Below are positions 9,358 to 18,823 of a stretch of 64,000 bases of DNA, piece by piece. The translations under genes were made by a program, and so were the position numbers. The notes below the pieces were generated by a model. That model was not told where the DNA came from. It saw nothing but the letters and a program-made list of their open reading frames with translations, and searched no databases. Origin of the DNA: Crocinitomicaceae bacterium (GTDB taxonomy: Bacteria; Bacteroidota; Bacteroidia; Flavobacteriales_D; Crocinitomicaceae); contig JAJTCM010000004.1 in NCBI GenBank assembly GCA_021325675.1, forward strand, positions 2,794 through 66,793, given 5' to 3'. Each line of letters opens with the position of its first letter. The first letter of the stretch is position 1.

Positions 9358-10917
9358 TTAATCCACCGTAAGCTGTAATTCAACTTCTGTTTCCCAGTTG
9401 GCGCGCACTTTGGCTTTTTCGGGAAAATAGAGCACTTTTTCGGCGGATTTGCGCTGCAGAACGTCCCCGCCATCCCATTTGCCGTTTGCATTTTCATCCA
9501 ATACCAGGCGGAAACTGTATTCGCCGCCTTCAATGTACGTCAAAACGGGGTTGTTTTCCAGAACGGAGCAGCTTACCTGGCGCATGACTTTGTTTTCCTT
9601 CAGGATTTCCAGCACACAAGGCGATTTCGCTTTGAAGTTCTTCAGTACCAGCGTCCCGAATTCCCGCTCTTCTTTCGCGGTAAATGTTTCGTGGATGCTG
9701 TCGGAAAACGTGTTGTCGGTAAACTGGATAGCCCCGGCGAGCAGCTTGATTTGCAAGGACTTCACCGGCTTTTTTTCCAAGGTGACGGTAAAGCGGTTGT
9801 GCTGAAAAGAAAATTTCGGTAAAACCGGTGTGGTATCCCCGGCGAGGAGGCCAATGCTGTCGGCATCAAACGCGAGGATCGGCTGACTAAACAGGAAACT
9901 GAATTCCTGCGTTTGCGTCAGGTCCTTGTCTTTCGGGAATACTTCGTACTGTACTTTTTTGATCCGCTGATTGTGGCGAAAAAATAAAGTGTCAGCCTGG
10001 ATATCCGTTGTGATATAGAAATCTTTTTCCGGTTGTTTTGGTAAGGAGAACGTAATCGAATCCGTTCTGTAATAAAAAATCCTGGCGGAATCAATCTCTT
10101 CTTCTTCGAAGTAAAAATGGGCTTTCGATAAGTCAAAGTTGGCTCCTATCCTGATTTGAGAAGGATAAACAAAGCTTTTATGAGTAATCTTTTGCAGCTG
10201 CGGGTTCTGAAAAACGAGGATCGCAGACGAATCGGTAAAAGAGGAATCGAGCTTCAAGACTTCTTCTTTGAACCCGACTTTTTCTGCCGGCTGAAACCTG
10301 AGGTCTTTGTTCAGGTCGTTAAAAGTATATACCAGGTAAGTCCCTGCTGCCAGGTAACCCAGCTCAAACTGCCCGATTCGGTTAGTTTTGGCAAAGTAGC
10401 GCGGTTTAACCGAGTCGATTTTATCATTCTCACCGTAAAGCCCAACCAAAAAAGAACCCTGGATTTCGCCGGTGTAAGCATCAGCTACTTTTCCTTCATA
10501 CGTCAGGGAGTCGATATACGGACCGGTTGAAAAAACATAGCGCATCAGGGAATCATTTCCTTCATTGAGATCTTTAACTGCGTTGTTGAACGTAAGCTGA
10601 TACGTTGTGTTGTGTTTTAGGTCGCCGCTGATATCCAGGATGAGTTTCTTTTTATCTGCTTTAGCTTCTACCGTTGGGCCGAGTGGTAAAATTGCAATGT
10701 TTTCAGAGGGATTGTTGAGCTTAAAATATTCGTCAAATTCGATCACGATTCTCCTGCTGCTGAAATTAACGCTGCCCGAAGGCGGCTGCATTCCGTTTTC
10801 AACCGGTTTAGGTGCCGTTTCATCTTGTTGTCCACCGGCAATTTCACCGACAGTTGCACAGGCGCTGAGCCAAAGCAAAATGAGCAGGCAGCCGCTTATG
10901 CGAAAGAAGCGATCCAT
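9358..10917 (-). CDS. Ig-like (Big_5) domain lipoprotein
   Basis: LLWLSAC lipobox, GGQQDETAP, FDEYFKL, NAVKDLNEGN, FSTGPYIDS, DENANGKWDGG. Confidence 0.8.
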   Translation of the reverse strand: MDRFFRISGCLLILLWLSACATVGEIAGGQQDETAPKPVENGMQPPSGSVNFSSRRIVIEFDEYFKLNNPSENIAILPLGPTVEAKADKKKLILDISGDLKHNTTYQLTFNNAVKDLNEGNDSLMRYVFSTGPYIDSLTYEGKVADAYTGEIQGSFLVGLYGENDKIDSVKPRYFAKTNRIGQFELGYLAAGTYLVYTFNDLNKDLRFQPAEKVGFKEEVLKLDSSFTDSSAILVFQNPQLQKITHKSFVYPSQIRIGANFDLSKAHFYFEEEEIDSARIFYYRTDSITFSLPKQPEKDFYITTDIQADTLFFRHNQRIKKVQYEVFPKDKDLTQTQEFSFLFSQPILAFDADSIGLLAGDTTPVLPKFSFQHNRFTVTLEKKPVKSLQIKLLAGAIQFTDNTFSDSIHETFTAKEEREFGTLVLKNFKAKSPCVLEILKENKVMRQVSCSVLENNPVLTYIEGGEYSFRLVLDENANGKWDGGDVLQRKSAEKVLYFPEKAKVRANWETEVELQLTVD

Positions 10918-11375
10918 TGGCAAAGTTTTTCTAATTCTTCCTGGTCCACGCTGTCAAAATCGTTCAGCCGGTCGCTGTCAACGTCCAGGACGCCGATTAC
11001 TTCACCGCCGCGGATGATGGGCACAACAATCTCACTTTTGGAAAGCGAGCTGCAGGCAATGTGTCCCGGGAAAGCTTCCACATCAGGAACAAGCAGCGTT
11101 TTTTGCTCTTTCCATGCTGATCCGCAAACACCGCGCCCGAACGCGATCCGGGTACAGGCAACCGTTCCCTGGAAAGGCCTGAGCACCAGCTCACCGTCTT
11201 TAACGAGGTAAAATCCCACCCAGAAAAACCCGAAAGTGCTTTTGAGCGCAGCGCTGATGTTGGCGAGATTGGCAACCAGGTCAGTCTCATCACCAATTAA
11301 GGCTTGAATCTGGGGCAAGAGTGAAGTATATTTTTCCTGCTTGCTTTCTCCTGCTATGTATAAATCTTCTGCCAT
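10896..11375 (-). CDS. msrC: GAF-domain protein, free methionine-(R)-sulfoxide reductase-like
   Basis: WVGFYL, PFQGTVACTRI, GRGVCG, HIACS, SEIVVP, VLDVDS. Confidence 0.85.
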   Translation of the reverse strand: MAEDLYIAGESKQEKYTSLLPQIQALIGDETDLVANLANISAALKSTFGFFWVGFYLVKDGELVLRPFQGTVACTRIAFGRGVCGSAWKEQKTLLVPDVEAFPGHIACSSLSKSEIVVPIIRGGEVIGVLDVDSDRLNDFDSVDQEELEKLCQWIASFA

Positions 11376-11523
11376 TTTTCCTGCAAATATTCAGGCAAAT
11401 TTACGGGATTTTTTTCATTTAAATTCATAGGCAGGAAGTCGCTTCCGGGATTTAAGATAAAATTTACACGAGGCTTTGTGTTTTCGAAAATAAAATGTAC
11501 TTTTAAGACTCAGATTGGGTTGA

Positions 11524-12528
11524 TTGAAAAGGCTTTTCCAGATATGTTTTGCTTCACTGTTGCTGGCTTCCTGCGGGGAGGATGACGCTATTATACAACA
11601 GGCTGAACCTCAAAAAGTTGCCCAGTGGATCAATCCGTTGTTTTTCAACAACGATTTTGAGCATGAGCTTAATTTTCCGCTTTGGTTTGACGATTCCCTG
11701 GTCCGCGCCCACCAGATTTATAAAATTACGAAACGCGTTTACCCGCATATTATCGGCGATACCTCTGAAATTAACGATTATAACCAGGCCATTCCGAAGG
11801 AAAAAATCGAATACTATTTTGATCCGAACGGGTTGGTTGACCGGGTGGTGGTTTATTCCTATTTTGATGACCGTGAAATTGCCCGGGCAACTTTTGTTTA
11901 CCAGGGAAATATGCTGGCGTCTGGTTATCGTAAAGTGAGCGCCCTGCCCTTTATTTCGCTTACCAAAAACCCGATCACAGATGAGTTTACGACGGAATTT
12001 TACCAGGATAAAACCCACCAGTATTCCCTGCTGAATTTTGCCCATGAAAAGAAAAAATTCTCCACGTATTTTGACGTCGAAAAGGGAAACCATCTTTTTT
12101 TGCTTAAAAACAAGAAAAACTGGGGCCCGCTCTCCGTTGATTCGATCCTCAACCCGCAAAAGGAAGACTGGATCGTGCTGGGGACAATGCGGAAGCCTTA
12201 CAAGCGTTACCAGGTGGAAAACACGGTGAAGGAACGCAATATTTACATTTACGATTACTGGAATTCGGGTGTGGTGAAACGCCGGGTGAAAAAAACCTAT
12301 CCTTTCGAATACCGCCGCACCTATCTTTTCGGCAAAAAACACGAATGGACCGGCTATATCGATTCCACTTTTTCGGAAGGAAATTTTATTACGACAACGG
12401 AGCACAATATCCTGTTTGACGAATACGAACGGCCGATAGAAATCAACCACCGCAAATCAAATGAAGAGCCGCAGGGATTTTTTTATAAAGAAACCTTGCA
12501 TTACAGAACAAAAAACAAGCAGAAATGA
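11524..12528 (+). CDS. Hypothetical lipoprotein
   Basis: TTG start, LLLASC lipobox; ATGA overlap with the next gene. Confidence 0.75.
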   Translation: MKRLFQICFASLLLASCGEDDAIIQQAEPQKVAQWINPLFFNNDFEHELNFPLWFDDSLVRAHQIYKITKRVYPHIIGDTSEINDYNQAIPKEKIEYYFDPNGLVDRVVVYSYFDDREIARATFVYQGNMLASGYRKVSALPFISLTKNPITDEFTTEFYQDKTHQYSLLNFAHEKKKFSTYFDVEKGNHLFLLKNKKNWGPLSVDSILNPQKEDWIVLGTMRKPYKRYQVENTVKERNIYIYDYWNSGVVKRRVKKTYPFEYRRTYLFGKKHEWTGYIDSTFSEGNFITTTEHNILFDEYERPIEINHRKSNEEPQGFFYKETLHYRTKNKQK

Positions 12529-15500
12529 TACATCTGAAAGCTTCACGCTTCGCCCTGACTACCTTTTTATTGTTGATAATCCAGGTGTTTTACGCCCAGG
12601 ATACATTCAAATACAAAGGGGAAACCTTCAATATTTATCCGCACAAGCGCAAGACAAACCCGGGCTGGATCCTGCTGGAAGGCATGAACAGGAACAATAA
12701 GTCGAACATTGAATACATGTACAAAGCGCAAATGGGCGATTACGGCTTTACGGACCAGGACCTGGCTGAAGGCATGAAATATTATGAAAATGAAATTTTC
12801 GGTACTTTCCGGGTTACGTTAAAAAGCAAGCAAATCCAGGAGATCCGGAAAAATTCCATTAAATTTTTTAATACGCCGGTTAACCTGCACCAAAACATCA
12901 CCCCGAGCATTGATGTGCTGCCCGATGGAAAATACGTCCAGTTTTACGACGCGCTTTTTACCCTGAACGAAAAAGGCGATATTGTTCCGTATGAAGGACA
13001 GGTGGCCGGGGTTTTCAGCATCAAAAATAACCTGCTGGACGGTTTTGCTTATTGGATCAGCACAACGGGCGATACCATCGAACAGGGAAATTACAGCGAA
13101 GGAAAGCGCGAAGGCAAGTGGGTTTTCAGGCAAAAAAATGATTTTGACATGAATGAAATCACCGACTCTTTGTCTTACGACCAGATTTACTGCGAATACA
13201 AGGATGGGATGCTGGACGGGCCTTACACGGAATATTTCAATGGAAAAGTCCGCTTTAAGGGGTTTTACACCGCCAGTGAAGCTTCCGGGGAATGGTTTTT
13301 TTACAACGAAGAGCTGTACATGGACCAGGTCAGTAAATTGTATAACTACAAATATTACCTGCAAAAGCACCTGACTTATGCCGGGAAAAATCCGCCTGTT
13401 TCCCATAAGCCCGTGCTGCGGAGCGTTGTCAACCAGGGACTTGTGAAAACCGATTCTATCAGCCTTCCGGAAAATTTGTACCAGTCGCAGGTTGATTTCA
13501 GTCACATGTACAAGCTTTACAAAGCGGAGATCGAAGATCTGGAGCTGCCGGAAGAAAAAATGACTTCGTATGACGGCCTGGATGTGGAGCGCGATTATGC
13601 CTTTGACGAAGGCGACTATGGCGATTATATCCGTTACAGCAATGAAAAGATCTGGTACAACGGCAAAGAGCTTACACGGGCGAAGCTCATCGATAGTATC
13701 GGGATCCAAAACCTGTACAAAGATGTTTACGAAGAGTTCTACCCGAACGGCCAGCTGAAATTCCGCTACCGCTACGAAAACGGCGATTTGCTTTACGAAG
13801 ACACGGTATTCTGGGACAACGGGCAGGCTTCAAACGTTGTGCTTTACAACCCTGCGATTAAAGAATATACGATTACAACCTTTGATTATGCCGGCAAGCT
13901 GCTGAGTGTGACGAAATACGATTCTTTAGGGGAGTTCAGGAATGCCCCGGTGGCTTACGCCCGATACCCGAAAGTGAAAATCGAGGGATTGACCGCCAAT
14001 TTCCACAATGATTTCAATTTCTATGAAATGAATGTTTTCGACACGCTGACCAAGGCCCACATCACAGCGCCGACTTATTTGTTCAAGTCCTGGTATTATG
14101 ATAAAAGGTTGTGTGCCGAAACTTTATTTGACCCGACCGAGCGCATGCTGAAGGTGCAAATCCGTTCCCTGGACCAAACACCGCTCCAGGTTTCAAGCTA
14201 CACCTTTGGAGAGGATTATTCCTATTTTTCACACCGCAATGAAACTTACCTCGAAAACCTGCGGGCGGTAACGATTTCCAATGGAAGCTATTCGGGTTCT
14301 TACCACAAAGATTCACTGCCGCAGTCAAAAATCGCTTTTATCCGCGAATTTGAGCTGACGGATGATTACACGCTCCAATACGAAGGCGTTCCTTTTACAG
14401 GCGAAGTTGAACTGAAGCTGAATTGCTCAAAACCGCAAATTTCAATTAAAAAAGACGCTATTAAGCTCGGTGTACCGAAACGGAATTACATGATGAAGGT
14501 AATTGCGGATTACCTCAAATTCCAGAAAACAGGCAAGGGCAAATACCAGAAATACTATCCTTACCTTGATCTCGGAATGGATTTCGAGGGGCTGTTCAAC
14601 GGTATTTTTCCTTTTGTTTCCAGCGTAGCTGAAGGAGTGGGTTACAATCCTTACGATTATGACGAAAACGAGATTTACCAGCAGGAGGTTTTAGGATCTG
14701 CCGTCACCCGCATTGAAGGCCGCATGGTAAACGGAAAACCGGTTGGAAAATGGATTGCCTACGACCAGAACGGGAAAATCCGGAAAGAAACGCATTTTGA
14801 AAACGGCGAACGGGAAGGGGAGGACAGGACCTATGCTTTTGCGCAGCCCAAGCCCAAATACAAAAAGCCGCGCAAGGGCGATGAAATGTATTATTACGAA
14901 GAAATGTACCTGCCGCAGAACAAGTACAAAAAATACCCGAAGAAAACGACCTATTACCTGCAGCATGTGGTTAATTATCACAAAGGCCTCATGAACGGCC
15001 CGGAAAAATACTTCGACTGGGAAGGCAACATTAATTTTTCCGTGAATTACAAAGACGGTTACATGGAAGGACAAAGCCTGGAACGCAATACGCTGATCAC
15101 GACACGGAGCTCATATACAGATGGCCTGCTGGATGGAATTATGCGCACCGACCTTACAATCCCGGGACGCGACACCATCACGCTTTTCGACCTGAATTTT
15201 CAAAACCACCAGCTCCAGGGCGAATCCAAGGCCTACCACCCGAACGGCCTGCTGGCGAAACGCGGTTTTTTTCTCAACAGTCAGCCGATCGACGATTATG
15301 AAGCTTTTGATACGCTTGGCACAAAATACCATTACGTCAAATTCCAGTATTCTTTCCCGGTGGAAGAAAAAATCTGGGAAGAAAATGAGCTGAGTGTGCG
15401 TTACCTCTACGACTGGCGCGATTCGATTTATTTCATGCCGGACGACCTGGTGGCTATTCCGTCAACTTACGATTTGCTGATGCAATATGGCCTGATGGAT

Positions 15501-16223
15501 CAAAATGAGCTTGAGCAGCCTTATTACGGACGCCCCAGCCTGATTGAGAAAACAGGGATAAAATACCACGTCACGAAATATTTTCCTGACCAGGTAATTT
15601 CCCGCGACGGACCAATCGACAGCGGTAAAAAAGTGGGCTGCTGGTATTACAATAACTACGCAGGCGTAAAACAATACGAAGTGGATTATTTCGATACGAT
15701 CCTGAAGATCAACGACAGCATTAAGTTTAAATCCAAGGGCATCCGCACGGATTATGATTCGCTTGGAAATGCTTTATTCACCAGCTACGTGATCGAGAAA
15801 ATCGAAAATTACGATTGCTCCCACACGGACCATTACGAAGTGCGCCAGTTTATGACCATCTGGCAAAAAGATACATCGTTTCACCGTTTCGACGGCTATG
15901 TAAAAAATTACTATGACGACGGCACGCTTCAAAGTGAAGGTCAAATGAAAAGCGGCTTGCCAACAGGCGTCTGGAAATACTATACGCCAAACGGCCAGCT
16001 CAACCAGGTGGGTGAATACGTGATGGGAAAACGCAACGGCCGCTGGCTGAAAGGCGATCTCTCCAAAACGAATTACCTGGGCGACATCTGCCTGAACCCG
16101 AATTTGCCCGATCTCGAAAAGCGCCTGGAATACCAGGAAAACCTGCTGGATATCAATATCCGCTATTTTAAGCTGGGAAAAGTGATCAATTCGGAATATT
16201 ACGACATTAACAACAATAAATAA
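12525..16223 (+). CDS. Large exported MORN-variant repeat protein (YwqK-like repeats)
   Basis: Signal peptide; recurring GxxxGxW/YxxNG units (GKREGKW, FYPNGQLK, YHPNGLLA, YYTPNGQL, GKRNGRW). Confidence 0.8.
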   Translation: MIHLKASRFALTTFLLLIIQVFYAQDTFKYKGETFNIYPHKRKTNPGWILLEGMNRNNKSNIEYMYKAQMGDYGFTDQDLAEGMKYYENEIFGTFRVTLKSKQIQEIRKNSIKFFNTPVNLHQNITPSIDVLPDGKYVQFYDALFTLNEKGDIVPYEGQVAGVFSIKNNLLDGFAYWISTTGDTIEQGNYSEGKREGKWVFRQKNDFDMNEITDSLSYDQIYCEYKDGMLDGPYTEYFNGKVRFKGFYTASEASGEWFFYNEELYMDQVSKLYNYKYYLQKHLTYAGKNPPVSHKPVLRSVVNQGLVKTDSISLPENLYQSQVDFSHMYKLYKAEIEDLELPEEKMTSYDGLDVERDYAFDEGDYGDYIRYSNEKIWYNGKELTRAKLIDSIGIQNLYKDVYEEFYPNGQLKFRYRYENGDLLYEDTVFWDNGQASNVVLYNPAIKEYTITTFDYAGKLLSVTKYDSLGEFRNAPVAYARYPKVKIEGLTANFHNDFNFYEMNVFDTLTKAHITAPTYLFKSWYYDKRLCAETLFDPTERMLKVQIRSLDQTPLQVSSYTFGEDYSYFSHRNETYLENLRAVTISNGSYSGSYHKDSLPQSKIAFIREFELTDDYTLQYEGVPFTGEVELKLNCSKPQISIKKDAIKLGVPKRNYMMKVIADYLKFQKTGKGKYQKYYPYLDLGMDFEGLFNGIFPFVSSVAEGVGYNPYDYDENEIYQQEVLGSAVTRIEGRMVNGKPVGKWIAYDQNGKIRKETHFENGEREGEDRTYAFAQPKPKYKKPRKGDEMYYYEEMYLPQNKYKKYPKKTTYYLQHVVNYHKGLMNGPEKYFDWEGNINFSVNYKDGYMEGQSLERNTLITTRSSYTDGLLDGIMRTDLTIPGRDTITLFDLNFQNHQLQGESKAYHPNGLLAKRGFFLNSQPIDDYEAFDTLGTKYHYVKFQYSFPVEEKIWEENELSVRYLYDWRDSIYFMPDDLVAIPSTYDLLMQYGLMDQNELEQPYYGRPSLIEKTGIKYHVTKYFPDQVISRDGPIDSGKKVGCWYYNNYAGVKQYEVDYFDTILKINDSIKFKSKGIRTDYDSLGNALFTSYVIEKIENYDCSHTDHYEVRQFMTIWQKDTSFHRFDGYVKNYYDDGTLQSEGQMKSGLPTGVWKYYTPNGQLNQVGEYVMGKRNGRWLKGDLSKTNYLGDICLNPNLPDLEKRLEYQENLLDINIRYFKLGKVINSEYYDINNNK

Positions 16224-16317
16224 TGTGCTGATGATTTAATGTGCTAATATGCTAATTGAAAAAGTATTAGCACATTATCTCATTAACACATTGGCATATT
16301 AACACATTAGCATATTA
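16221..16317. repeat. Inverted octamer repeat array (TAATRTGC)n ... (ATTAGCAY)n
   Basis: TAATGTGC TGATGATT TAATGTGC TAATATGC TAAT, then ATTAGCAC ATTATCTC ATTAACAC ATTGGCAT ATTAACAC ATTAGCAT ATTA; strict 8-nt period. Confidence 0.9.
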
Positions 16318-16323
16318 AAGAAA

Positions 16324-18597
16324 ATGAAAGAACCTGCTGAGCTTGTAAAAAGCTTCATAAACCAAACCAAAAAGAATATTTTTCTGACCGGGAAGGCGGG
16401 CACCGGGAAAACTACGCTGCTGAACGAAATTAAAAAACATACGCTGAAACAGGTTATTGTTGTGGCGCCAACCGGGATTGCCGCCCTGAACGCCGGTGGT
16501 GTGACTATCCACTCCATGTTCCAGCTTCCTTTTGCTGCTTTTGTTCCCGATCATACTTCTTTCCAGCACCTTAATCATGTGAAGATCGAAACGCGCGACT
16601 CGCTCATGCGTCATTTCCAGATGAACCGCAAGCGCCGCGACCTGATCCGGAATATGGAATTGCTGATCATTGATGAGGTGAGTATGCTGCGCGCCGATTT
16701 GCTGGATGCGATGGACTGGATGCTGCGGAATGTGCGCAAAAAAAACCAGCCGTTCGGTGGGGTGCAGGTGCTTTTTATCGGCGATTTGATGCAGCTGCCG
16801 CCTGTGGTAAAAAATGAAGAATGGGAAGTACTGAAAAAATATTACGAAGGCATTTTCTTCTTCTATGCCCGTGTATTGCGCGAAAATCCACCTCTTTACA
16901 TTGAGCTTGAGAAAATCTTCAGGCAGGACGATCCGCTTTTTATCCAGCTGCTGAACCATTTGCGGAACAACCAGATCACAGAAGAAGACAAGCGTATTTT
17001 GAACCAGCATGTGAACCCCGATTTTGAAATCCAGGAGCACCCGGGTTATATTACGCTGACGACACATAATTACAAAGCCGACCAGATCAACCAGAAACAA
17101 CTGGAACATTTGCCGGGAAAATTACATACGTACCGTTCCGAAACCAAAGGGGATTTTCCGCAGCACCTGTGGCCGGTTGAAACGGACCTTGAGCTTAAAA
17201 AAGGTGCACAGGTCATGTTTATCAAAAACGATATTTCACCGGACAAGCTTTTTTTCAATGGTAAAATGGGGGTGATCAAAGACCTGAACCAGGCGGAAAT
17301 TACCGTTGAGTTCCCTGATGAAAAGCGTTCGATTGAAGTGCAGAAATACGAGTGGGAAAACGTGCGTTACACCATTGATGAAAATACGAAAGAGATCAGC
17401 GAAGAAACCGTTGGGACTTTCGTGCAGTACCCGCTGAAACTGGCCTGGGCAATTACCGTACACAAAAGCCAGGGATTGACCTTCGATAAAGCGGTGATCG
17501 ATGTGGCGGATGCTTTCGCTCCCGGCCAGGCCTATGTTGCCCTGAGCCGCTTGCGTTCCCTGGAAGGCTTGGTTTTGCTGAAACCTTTTGCAACAAATGC
17601 CATGCAAAACAACCGCCAGGTGATCGATTATGCAGAAAACAAAACCGATGCGGACCTGCTGAACGAAGCCCTGTCGGAATCAACGAAAAGCTACCTGCTG
17701 GACGAGCTTGAGCAAGCCTTTGATTTTGGTGGGCTGGCAACAACCTGGCGGATCCATGCCGCGAGCTACGATTCGGCACCGTCCAAATCTGAAAAGGTCA
17801 AACACGCGGATTGGGCGCGCCATCAATCCAAAAAAATGGAGCTGCTCAACGATCCGGCGGCGAAATTTATCAACCAGCTGCGCCGGATTTTCTACCAGCC
17901 GGATTTCAACCTGGCCTTTGCCTGCGAACGCGTTCTGGCGGCTTATGCTTATTTCTACAAAGACCTGGACGAAGTGCTGACTTCCATTTTGCGCAAGATG
18001 CAGGAGGTGAAGCGCCTGCCTAAAATCAAAGCTTACTACGAAGAGCTGGAAGAAATTGACGAAGCGCAGACGGAGCACATTACCCGGATCAAAAAAATGC
18101 GGATGCTGCTTGAAGCCATGCGCGATCAGAAAGAGCTGACGAAAAACATTGTCTGGAATGAAGAAATCCTGCAATACAAAATTGCCAAAGTAGCAGCTAT
18201 TAAACAAGAATTACGCAGCAGCAGCACTTTACTGGATTTCGACGAGCTGTATGAAGAGGAAATCCCGGTTAAAAAGGCAAAAAAAGAGAAAAAAGCCAAG
18301 GAAGAGAAAATTTCCAGCGTTGACCAGAGCTTTGAGCTGATTAAATCGGGGAAAAGCGTCGCAGAAATTGCCGAAATCCGCATGTTGAGCGAAAGTACGA
18401 TCTTCAGTCATATTTCCCAGTTGATTAAGGCTGAAAAAATCGAGTTGCACGAAGTGATGAGCGCCGAACGCATCGAAGAGATCAAAGAAGCCTTTGTAGG
18501 TTTCGAAGGAGATTCGCTAACGCCGGTGAAAGAAAAATATGGAGATGAATTCTCCTGGGATGAGCTGAGGTTGTATAAGACGAGCCTCTTGAAGTAA
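16324..18597 (+). CDS. PIF1/RecD-like SF1B helicase with C-terminal HTH domain
   Basis: GKAGTGKT Walker A, APTGIAA, IIDEVSM, GDLMQLPPV, LAWAITVHKSQGLT, YVALSR; C-terminal SVAEIAEIRMLSESTIFSH. Confidence 0.9.
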   Translation: MKEPAELVKSFINQTKKNIFLTGKAGTGKTTLLNEIKKHTLKQVIVVAPTGIAALNAGGVTIHSMFQLPFAAFVPDHTSFQHLNHVKIETRDSLMRHFQMNRKRRDLIRNMELLIIDEVSMLRADLLDAMDWMLRNVRKKNQPFGGVQVLFIGDLMQLPPVVKNEEWEVLKKYYEGIFFFYARVLRENPPLYIELEKIFRQDDPLFIQLLNHLRNNQITEEDKRILNQHVNPDFEIQEHPGYITLTTHNYKADQINQKQLEHLPGKLHTYRSETKGDFPQHLWPVETDLELKKGAQVMFIKNDISPDKLFFNGKMGVIKDLNQAEITVEFPDEKRSIEVQKYEWENVRYTIDENTKEISEETVGTFVQYPLKLAWAITVHKSQGLTFDKAVIDVADAFAPGQAYVALSRLRSLEGLVLLKPFATNAMQNNRQVIDYAENKTDADLLNEALSESTKSYLLDELEQAFDFGGLATTWRIHAASYDSAPSKSEKVKHADWARHQSKKMELLNDPAAKFINQLRRIFYQPDFNLAFACERVLAAYAYFYKDLDEVLTSILRKMQEVKRLPKIKAYYEELEEIDEAQTEHITRIKKMRMLLEAMRDQKELTKNIVWNEEILQYKIAKVAAIKQELRSSSTLLDFDELYEEEIPVKKAKKEKKAKEEKISSVDQSFELIKSGKSVAEIAEIRMLSESTIFSHISQLIKAEKIELHEVMSAERIEEIKEAFVGFEGDSLTPVKEKYGDEFSWDELRLYKTSLLK

Positions 18598-18695
18598 TGG
18601 GCTAATATTTTAATGTGGTAATATGCTAACGTATAGGTTGTTAATGAATAATTAATCAAATTAACGCATTAGCATATTAATCAATTAGCACATTA
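18595..18695. repeat. Inverted octamer repeat array (TAATRTGC family)
   Basis: TAATGGGC TAATATTT TAATGTGG TAATATGC TAA, then ATTAACGC ATTAGCAT ATTAATCA ATTAGCAC ATTA. Confidence 0.85.
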
Positions 18696-18699
18696 TTAT

Positions 18700-18707
18700 T
18701 ATCTTTG
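18700..18707 (+). promoter_or_regulatory. Bacteroidota primary-sigma -7 element
   Basis: TATCTTTG matches TAnnTTTG; 7 nt upstream of the uORF ATG at 18715. Confidence 0.75.
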
Positions 18708-18714
18708 TCCCGAA

Positions 18715-18777
18715 ATGAAACGATTTAGTTTTAAATATTATCGCATGTGTATGCATTGCTGGCCGTCTTGCTGCTAG
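18715..18777 (+). CDS. Putative near-leaderless Cys/Met-rich leader peptide MKRFSFKYYRMCMHCWPSCC
   Basis: Translated by hand; ATG...TGC TGC TAG; 4 Cys and 2 Met in the last 10 codons; starts right after the -7 promoter element. Confidence 0.6.
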   Translation: MKRFSFKYYRMCMHCWPSCC

Positions 18778-18823
18778 TTCCCCTTGTACACCATAATATT
18801 TAAACAATTTTCATTTTACTCCC

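Noticed and set aside
12525..16223. YwqK-like antitoxin of a toxin-antitoxin system
   Set aside because: The similarity is only generic MORN-variant repeats; the protein is exported and very large, and no toxin gene is adjacent.
16324..18597. Helicase as part of an antiphage defence or mobile element
   Set aside because: No nuclease, methylase, integrase or other defence genes nearby; this PIF1-HTH architecture is common in Bacteroidota.
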